The notes beneath the pieces are model-generated. The model was not told the DNA's origin and searched no databases. It worked only from the letters and a program-made list of their open reading frames with translations. DNA of 64,000 nt from Spirochaetales bacterium (GTDB lineage: Bacteria; Spirochaetota; Spirochaetia; UBA9216), in assembly GCA_003245835.1 (NCBI GenBank), contig QKCC01000072.1:9982-73981 (forward strand), given 5' to 3'. The stretch's first letter is position 1; every line of letters begins with the position of its first letter. Positions 19,235 through 25,727 of this stretch are shown here, one piece after another. A program made the position numbers and the translations under genes.

Positions 19235-20370
19235 CAGAAAAGATCGCCGGGTTCGGCTTCTGAATCGGAATCCGGCTGCCCTACAACTGGAAGACTGCTG
19301 TCAGTCTTTGCGGCTTTTTTTGCATTCGCTTCGTCGGATTTGCTGAACATGATCTCTCTGAGCTTATTTTCGAGCTCCGCAGCGGTATCAGGGTTGCTTT
19401 CAAGATAGAGTTTTGCGTTTTCACGCCCCTGTCCGATTCGCTCTTCACCGTAGGAATACCAGCTTCCGCTCTTGTCTATAAGCTCATACTTCAATGCACC
19501 GTCGAGCAGGCTTCCGGTCATGGAAATACCCTTGCCGAACATTATTTCGAGCTCAACCTTCTTGAAAGGCGGTGCAACCTTGTTCTTCACTACCTTGACC
19601 CTTACCCTGTTTCCGATAGCGTTGTCTGTTCCCTGGGTGAGGGTTTCTATTCTTCTGACTTCGAGACGGACAGAAGAATAAAACTTAAGAGCGTTTCCTC
19701 CGGTTGTTGTTTCCGGGTTGCCGAACATAACGCCTATCTTCATTCTTATCTGGTTGATGAAGACCAAACAGCAGCCGGATTTCGAGATGGTTCCGGTAAG
19801 CTTGCGCAGGGCCTGACTCATGAGCCTGGCCTGGAGACCCATATGGGAATCACCCATATCACCTTCAATTTCAGCCTGCGGCGTTAACGCTGCGACTGAA
19901 TCTATAACAACTATATCAACGGCACCGGAACGCACGAGTGATTCTGCAATTTCAAGGGCCTGCTCGCCGGTATCAGGCTGAGAAACCCACAATTCATCAG
20001 TGTTGACGCCCAGGGCTTTTGCGTAGGACGGATCAAGCGCGTGTTCTGCATCGACAAAGGCAGCAATACCGCCGGCTTTCTGGGCCTCGGCAATTGCGTG
20101 AAGAGCAAGAGTGGTTTTACCTGAGGATTCAGGACCGTAGATTTCGATAATTCGGCCTTTGGGATAACCTCCGACACCGAGTGCTTCATCGAGAAGAATG
20201 GAACCTGAAGGAATCGACGCAATGTTCAGATCAACAGTGGTTCCGAGTTTCATCAAAGAACCTTTGCCGAACTGCTTTTCTATCTGAAGCCTTGCAGCCT
20301 CAAGTGCTTTGTCTTTTTCTGCTGTATCGGTTATTACCTTTGTTTCGGGCAGATTTGATTTTTTGGCCAT
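19234..20370 (-). CDS. recA: Recombinase RecA
   Basis: The match is unambiguous: Walker [20 protein letters not shown], the L2 loop region and [29 protein letters not shown]. Confidence 0.97.
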   Translation of the reverse strand: MAKKSNLPETKVITDTAEKDKALEAARLQIEKQFGKGSLMKLGTTVDLNIASIPSGSILLDEALGVGGYPKGRIIEIYGPESSGKTTLALHAIAEAQKAGGIAAFVDAEHALDPSYAKALGVNTDELWVSQPDTGEQALEIAESLVRSGAVDIVVIDSVAALTPQAEIEGDMGDSHMGLQARLMSQALRKLTGTISKSGCCLVFINQIRMKIGVMFGNPETTTGGNALKFYSSVRLEVRRIETLTQGTDNAIGNRVRVKVVKNKVAPPFKKVELEIMFGKGISMTGSLLDGALKYELIDKSGSWYSYGEERIGQGRENAKLYLESNPDTAAELENKLREIMFSKSDEANAKKAAKTDSSLPVVGQPDSDSEAEPGDLF

Positions 20371-20418
20371 TTTTGTACACTCCTAAAATTTCCCTGCCAT
20401 GGAAGGCAGGTATAAGAG

Positions 20419-20451
20419 TTGAAGTTATAAAATGTAATTTTATAACTTCAA
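20419..20451. promoter_or_regulatory. Perfect 15-bp inverted repeat overlapping a candidate recA promoter
   Basis: TTGAAGTTATAAAAT - gta - ATTTTATAACTTCAA. Read on the minus strand, the arms supply TTGAAG-N16-TATAAC (-35/-10-like), about 50 nt upstream of the recA ATG. Confidence 0.4.
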
Positions 20452-20485
20452 AATAATAAAAATATCTGGAAATATTTTTATTATT
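20452..20485. promoter_or_regulatory. Perfect 14-bp A/T-only inverted repeat abutting the previous palindrome
   Basis: AATAATAAAAATAT - ctggaa - ATATTTTTATTATT, contiguous with the 15-bp palindrome at 20419-20451. Confidence 0.35.
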
Positions 20486-20682
20486 CCTCCTTACAAGTTT
20501 TCGCAGAAAACTGTTCAGGAATGCCTGGACATTCCTTACCCTCCCTATACCGTATTTTTTATACGGTGCTTCAGGAATATCGTATTCGCTTTATTTCTAA
20601 CTAATAATATCCACCAAGAAGGTTATGAGTCAAGGCAAATATTGGAGACGCGGCAATAGTAATTACAGCTGAAGCTCAATAG

Positions 20683-21768
20683 TCACTGCAGGCGGCGGAT
20701 AGAAACCCCTTGTAAGGTAATACCGCCGCTGTCGGTAAGCAGGATTCTGCCCAGGAGTTCGATTGACTGATTTGGAATAATTTTTATATTGAAATTAAAC
20801 GCAACAGGAACAATCCCGTCGAGAGTTTTTTCTTCATGGTAGCCGACAAGAAAATCAAAAAGAATTGATTCCGGGGTCGCTTCAACATTGGTTGTCTTGC
20901 CCTTCCAGAGAACATAGCAGTTTCTGTACAGAAGCGGCTCTGATGCTACATCGGAATAATCGAAACTGTCTTTAAATTCCGTGATTTCAGGCGGCTGAAC
21001 ATATTTTTCGAGCAGTCTTGCCCGATCTTTTACATATTCTGAGGCATTCGACAGAAGGAGCATATTGATCTCTTTCTGTGCCATGTTGTCCCTGTATGCA
21101 TAGAGGTAATCCTGAATATCCCTGAATTTGCGTTCAATTTCTTTTTCGGTAAGAATGTAGGAATACTCACCCTCGAGGCTGAGGTAATCCTTCCGTTCAT
21201 CGAGAGAAATTTCAGTAACTTCAGGCCTTCGTGCGGCTTTGTCGGGAAGGATGCTTAAAATTGCCTCGCGGGTTACAGGAATAATGAAAACAGCTGCGGC
21301 TGCGGCAATCATTACAGGCAGAAAAACGGCTGCAGGCGATAACTTCGCTTTACTTTTATCGACAGGAAGGAATTTCGATATTTTATCGTCGGCTGAAAAC
21401 GAAAGAAGATCGTCGGGGTCATTAATTTTTTTAAGAAAATTAAGGCCGCGCTGCGCCTGGGGGTTTCCGGGTTCAATTTCAATAATATCAAGCCAAATTT
21501 TCAGGGCATTGCCGGTGTCGCCCCTTTTCAGATATACCGCAGCAAGCCCAAGAAGTACATTTACATCGTTTTCCCTGAGGTCAACTGCCCTTCGAAGATA
21601 TGAAAATGCCCCGCCGAAGTCGCCCTGGTGCAGGCAGGACATACCGAGCAGGTAAAAGAAATTATAATTATCCCTGAATCTGAAAACCTGTGATTCAAGT
21701 ATTCTTATTACATCCGAGTATTTTTTTCTGGTAAATGATGTATATGCATCCTTCAGGCTGTCAGACAT
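20683..21768 (-). CDS. TPR protein with a central TM helix and a C-terminal extracytoplasmic domain (function unknown)
   Basis: The N-terminus has no signal peptide and carries about three TPR units. A TM segment (AAVFLPVMIAAAAAVFIIPV) follows, then a C-terminal domain of about 190 aa. It is the last gene of a three-gene cluster spaced by 3 nt. Confidence 0.65.
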   Translation of the reverse strand: MSDSLKDAYTSFTRKKYSDVIRILESQVFRFRDNYNFFYLLGMSCLHQGDFGGAFSYLRRAVDLRENDVNVLLGLAAVYLKRGDTGNALKIWLDIIEIEPGNPQAQRGLNFLKKINDPDDLLSFSADDKISKFLPVDKSKAKLSPAAVFLPVMIAAAAAVFIIPVTREAILSILPDKAARRPEVTEISLDERKDYLSLEGEYSYILTEKEIERKFRDIQDYLYAYRDNMAQKEINMLLLSNASEYVKDRARLLEKYVQPPEITEFKDSFDYSDVASEPLLYRNCYVLWKGKTTNVEATPESILFDFLVGYHEEKTLDGIVPVAFNFNIKIIPNQSIELLGRILLTDSGGITLQGVSIRRLQ

Positions 21769-21771
21769 TTA

Positions 21772-22842
21772 TCAATCTTCAAATTTTTTCTGTGTAGACT
21801 CGAGCTTGTTAATCATCGTATTCAGGGCTTCAAGCTCGCTGTCTGAAAGGGGTTCATCGCTTTCGAGCAGACGTTCGATATGAGTAATCAGGTCTTCAGT
21901 CAGTGTAAGCTCATTTTTGACAGTATTTTCGATACTCTCGACATTTCCTCCGGCGGTTGTGTCGGTAGAAACGCGTTTATACAAATCTTCAAGCGTGGAA
22001 GAACTGCTGTCCTTCTGGGTTTCGCTGAAACCAGATTTTGATACATTGCCAAGCACAAGAGTAATCTTTCTGCTGCTTCCGGCGGGAACTCTTAGCGGTT
22101 CGTAATAATGCGCTGCTGCCGAATCATTTATAGAATACGGCAGCAGGTTGAAATTACGCCCGTCCTTCGTATTCAGCGTCCAGCCGCTTTCATCGAGTCT
22201 TTTCCAGTTTGCGAATATCACTTTGTCCGGAGCCGTAACTACCGAATTGTCGAGCATCATGAGGAGCCCGGCTGCAGAATCATAACCGGGTGAAGATACC
22301 CAGTAATCAGGCATGATTCCTTTGAGTACCGTCTCTTCCTTGATTTCAGTCCCGTCAGAGGTGTAAAAATGAACTTTCTGTTTGTTGTCTTCACCCATCC
22401 ATGTATCAAAAAGGTATTTCAATCCGATCGACAGGGTTTCTTCGGAAATGTTTTTTATTGTAATCTCGATTTTTATACCGTCTGCCATGCTGTTTCCGAC
22501 GGAAGTGACAAATGAAAAGGCTTCAGTAACGTCGAGCGTTTTGGATTTCCAGTTGAATTCAGCCCCTGAACGGGTCTGTGATACGGTCTGGTCAAATTCG
22601 AAGGTGTCGCCGAGTCGGGAAGTTTTGTTATTTACAAGGAGGACGATTCCGCTGGTGCGGGGATCCTGCTTAAGAAGAAGCGATGTGTAGTCGTCTGTGA
22701 CCAGCTGGTCCTGGTAGTACACGGATATTCTTCCGCTGTTCTCATGGAGCACAAGCTTCATCCGGCCTTCCTTCAGCTCGAGCGAATGAAGATTGAATGT
22801 TATAAAAATTATAGCTAATAGTGTTAAAAAATATTTCTTCAT
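21772..22842 (-). CDS. Secreted protein, function unknown
   Basis: It has an N-terminal signal peptide (MKKYFLTLLAIIFITFNLHS), a beta-rich core and an acidic helical tail. It lies 3 nt from both flanking TPR genes. Confidence 0.6.
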   Translation of the reverse strand: MKKYFLTLLAIIFITFNLHSLELKEGRMKLVLHENSGRISVYYQDQLVTDDYTSLLLKQDPRTSGIVLLVNNKTSRLGDTFEFDQTVSQTRSGAEFNWKSKTLDVTEAFSFVTSVGNSMADGIKIEITIKNISEETLSIGLKYLFDTWMGEDNKQKVHFYTSDGTEIKEETVLKGIMPDYWVSSPGYDSAAGLLMMLDNSVVTAPDKVIFANWKRLDESGWTLNTKDGRNFNLLPYSINDSAAAHYYEPLRVPAGSSRKITLVLGNVSKSGFSETQKDSSSSTLEDLYKRVSTDTTAGGNVESIENTVKNELTLTEDLITHIERLLESDEPLSDSELEALNTMINKLESTQKKFED

Positions 22843-22845
22843 AAA

Positions 22846-23886
22846 TTAATTCCCCACATTACTCAAATACTTCAGGTAGTAACTCTTCAGGTCTAGAGCA
22901 CGTGATTTCAATTCAAGCAGCTTAAGCTTGTCTTCCGTACTGAGTGTGCTCGAAGCTGCCGGTTCCGTTTTAACGGTTTCAGTCTCGGGCGTTTCAGGAG
23001 CAGCGGCAGCTTCAGACGCTTTTTTCTCAGCCTCGGCCGCTTTTGTTTCTGCATTAGTCAGGCGGTACTCAAGCTCGGCAATTTTGCGTTTAAGCGCCAT
23101 AATTTCATTTTCACGGTTTCTGACGGTACTCTGCAGGTCAAGGACCTCAAGAGAAAGCGCCTGCCCGCCTGAATCTTTACCGGCATTCGAATCCAGTAAT
23201 GACAGTTTTTTCTGGTAGGAATCAAGAGCGTTCTCGTAAGTTTTTTCGCGAATCTGAAATTCCTCGATTGATTTGAGGTATTCTTCGTGGGTTAATTTAA
23301 GAAGCTCGACGAGGGATTCCTCACGGTATTTCTGTTCAATCAGCGAAAGTCTGTAGTTGGAAGCCTCAACCTTAAAGCTGGACGGGTATTTATAGACAAT
23401 ATGCGAATAAATACTCTCAGCTTCTTCAAGGCGGCCGAGTTCATAGAGGGATTCGGCGATCCAGAAATAAGCGTTGGCGGCATAAACCGAGTCAGGGTAG
23501 CTTTGGAGAAAATTATTGTTTTCCTGAATGCAGTTTTCATAATCATTCTGCAGAAACATAAGCCGGCCTTTCTGGTACAGTGCTTCCTCATAGTATTTGT
23601 GCCCAGGGTAGTTCATTAAAAAGAACTCGAGGTTTTCCTCGGCGTTATCAAGCTGCCTCAAAGCAATATAGGATTTTGCGATCCAGAAGTAGGCGTCGGA
23701 ATGAAACTGTCTCTGGTTGGAGTCAATTACAACATCCCTGAAAGACGACAGACTGCTGCTGTAATCACCCTTCCCGAAGCTTGCGATACCTTTATTTAAG
23801 AGTTCGCTGCCGGTCTGCGCGAAAACGGCAACGGCAGCGATAGAAAAAATAATTACCAATAAAGTTTTTTTAACGATAGATTTCAA
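22846..23886 (-). CDS. Periplasmic TPR (YbgF/BamD-like repeats) plus coiled-coil protein
   Basis: It has a signal peptide, then repeated F....YP.s.y...A.yw.a motifs (FLMNYPGHKYYEEALY, FLQSYPDSVYAANAYFWIAESLY, VYKYPSSFKVEAS). A long coiled coil and an Ala/Glu/Thr/Pro-rich tail follow. Confidence 0.65.
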   Translation of the reverse strand: MKSIVKKTLLVIIFSIAAVAVFAQTGSELLNKGIASFGKGDYSSSLSSFRDVVIDSNQRQFHSDAYFWIAKSYIALRQLDNAEENLEFFLMNYPGHKYYEEALYQKGRLMFLQNDYENCIQENNNFLQSYPDSVYAANAYFWIAESLYELGRLEEAESIYSHIVYKYPSSFKVEASNYRLSLIEQKYREESLVELLKLTHEEYLKSIEEFQIREKTYENALDSYQKKLSLLDSNAGKDSGGQALSLEVLDLQSTVRNRENEIMALKRKIAELEYRLTNAETKAAEAEKKASEAAAAPETPETETVKTEPAASSTLSTEDKLKLLELKSRALDLKSYYLKYLSNVGN

Positions 23887-23986
23887 GGTCTACACTCCTG
23901 TCTTAAATTTCGACCTGTTAACCCATTATATAAAGGATACATTCCGATTTGTACAGTTTTTTTGACTTTCCGTCATACAAAAGAAA

Positions 23987-24646
23987 TTATTTTCCCTGCA
24001 GCACAACGACCTCAGCAGAAGGATCATCCGCTCCAAAGAATGAACTGCCGCAGACTGCTACATCAATTCCGGCATCCCGGACAGAAGACGCAGTTTCACG
24101 GTTGAATCCGCCGTCAGCAGAAATAAGAAAACTATAGCCTTCACGTTCCCTGATGTCGTAAAGCTGCTTTATCTTGTTTACGCAGGAAGCAATCAGTTTC
24201 TGGCCTCCGAATCCCGGGTTCACCGTCATAACAAGCACCAGGTCAACCATACCGAGAAGCTCGCTCAAAGCTGATACGGGTGTAGACGGTACAACCGCTA
24301 TCCCTGCTTTCATACCGAGTTCTTTGATCCGGCTCAGGATACGGTGTGTATGTACAGTGTTTTCAACATGTACGGTAACATAATCCGCACCGGCTTCGGC
24401 AAGGAAATCAAGCTGGTTTTCAGGCGAATTAATCATAAGGTGCACATCGAGAACAAGATCGGTTATTCCCCTGATAGACTTGACCATCTGCGTCCCGAAC
24501 GTAATCAGCGGTACGAACTGTCCGTCCATCAAATCAAGATGGATCCACTTGCATTCAGCCTTTTCAATGAGCCTGATCCCCTGCTCCATATTTACAAAAT
24601 CGGCGGAAAGCACCGAAGGCGCTATTGTAATTGCTTTCTTCATCAT
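23987..24646 (-). CDS. rpe: Ribulose-phosphate 3-epimerase
   Basis: The match covers the full length: PS.LSADF, H.D.MDG.FVP, D.HLM, the VMTVNPGFGGQ motif and DGG. Confidence 0.93.
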   Translation of the reverse strand: MMKKAITIAPSVLSADFVNMEQGIRLIEKAECKWIHLDLMDGQFVPLITFGTQMVKSIRGITDLVLDVHLMINSPENQLDFLAEAGADYVTVHVENTVHTHRILSRIKELGMKAGIAVVPSTPVSALSELLGMVDLVLVMTVNPGFGGQKLIASCVNKIKQLYDIREREGYSFLISADGGFNRETASSVRDAGIDVAVCGSSFFGADDPSAEVVVLQGK

Positions 24647-24740
24647 GAATAAAGAGTAGCAAAATTGAGTTAAAGGTGCAATATTAGGTTAAAAAACAGC
24701 AAAAAGACTAATCCAGCTCTAATGTAATTTACCCAAATGA

Positions 24741-24768
24741 TTGACTAAAAATACCCACATGTTATAAT
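24741..24768 (+). promoter_or_regulatory. Near-consensus sigma-70-type promoter for the TPR-like/greA unit
   Basis: TTGACT (24741-24746), a 16-nt spacer, then TATAAT (24763-24768). The ATG at 24780 is only 11 nt after the -10 and has no Shine-Dalgarno sequence, which implies a very short or absent leader. Confidence 0.5.
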
Positions 24769-24779
24769 GAAAAACGCAC

Positions 24780-25715
24780 ATGAATAATGCGATGAAGACA
24801 TCTCTCCTTGATGAAGCATATGATTGTTTCAGTAAGGGCTCATTTGGAGAGTCTGCCGGAATTTTGGATAGAGCCCTCTCGATCGACTTCGAGGATGAAA
24901 GAATAATATGTGCTCTGAAGTGTGCAAATTTCTGGAAAGATAAAGAAGCGAAACTGGAGTCCGTTACAGAGCACTTTGCCAGGGGAGAGTTTCTGTTAAA
25001 AGAATGGATTAATTTTTCCCGGTTTTTCAGAAGTTTCGGCGGAGACGACGAAAAATGTCTGAACACCATTCGCCAGTGGTGCTTCGGCAATGCGCTGAAG
25101 GCTTACGAGAAGGTGTTCTACGATTCCGGTGGCAATGATACCGGTATCCTGTTCCGAATCGGCCGCTGCTACAAGAGCATCGGCGATTATGAAAATGCTC
25201 TCAACTTTCTTGAGAGGACGTTTCGTCAGCAGAAGGAGAATCCGGCTGTTATCGCAGAACTGGCCGACTGCTATGCACTAATCAACGAAGTGAAAACTGC
25301 CAAGATTTTTTTCAGGGAGGCTTTTTATATTGATCCCCTGAAGATAGAATTCGCTTTTATGGAATCCATGATGATTCAGAGGCTGATTCAGCAGTTGAAG
25401 GACAACGGAATAACCGGCGATGACGCACGTGAATGGCTTCCGGTTTACGGGGTTATTTACGGTGTTTTTAATATTAAGCGGGAGCTTAAACCGCTCGAAC
25501 TCGGCAAGCTTAAACAGTCGATCTTTTCGTATGAAAACAGGCTTGATGAGAGTAAAGGTGATGTCGGTCCGGAGACTGTTCCGAGACTTTTAAACAGTTA
25601 TTTCAGATTAATCGATCACTACGTCTGCGTAAATGAAGAACGGGGCAGGATCGAAGACATATTGCGAAAGATCAAAAGACTCAATAATGAGATCTTTGTG
25701 GAGTATATTAACTAG
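24780..25715 (+). CDS. Cytoplasmic TPR-like helical repeat protein, function unknown
   Basis: A 311-aa protein with no signal peptide or TM segment and TPR-like units (e.g. FRIGRCYKSIGDYENALNFLERTF, AELADCYALINEVKTAKIFFREAF). It ends 12 nt before greA. Confidence 0.6.
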   Translation: MNNAMKTSLLDEAYDCFSKGSFGESAGILDRALSIDFEDERIICALKCANFWKDKEAKLESVTEHFARGEFLLKEWINFSRFFRSFGGDDEKCLNTIRQWCFGNALKAYEKVFYDSGGNDTGILFRIGRCYKSIGDYENALNFLERTFRQQKENPAVIAELADCYALINEVKTAKIFFREAFYIDPLKIEFAFMESMMIQRLIQQLKDNGITGDDAREWLPVYGVIYGVFNIKRELKPLELGKLKQSIFSYENRLDESKGDVGPETVPRLLNSYFRLIDHYVCVNEERGRIEDILRKIKRLNNEIFVEYIN

Positions 25716-25727
25716 CAGGAGTGAAGA

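Noticed and set aside
20371-20682. A LexA/SOS box upstream of recA, and a 15-aa ORF (MSQGKYWRRGNSNYS) on the + strand.
   Set aside because: There is no match to CTGT-N8-ACAG, CGAAC-N4-GTTCG or TTTG-N5-CAAA, so the palindromes are reported as an unknown operator candidate instead. The mini-ORF has poor RBS spacing, points into the 3' end of a convergent gene, and has no supporting features.
24719-25090. A 123-aa ORF on the - strand overlapping the start of the TPR-like gene.
   Set aside because: It runs antisense to a better-supported + strand gene that has a near-consensus promoter. Its translation is Ser/Phe/Leu-rich with no motifs.
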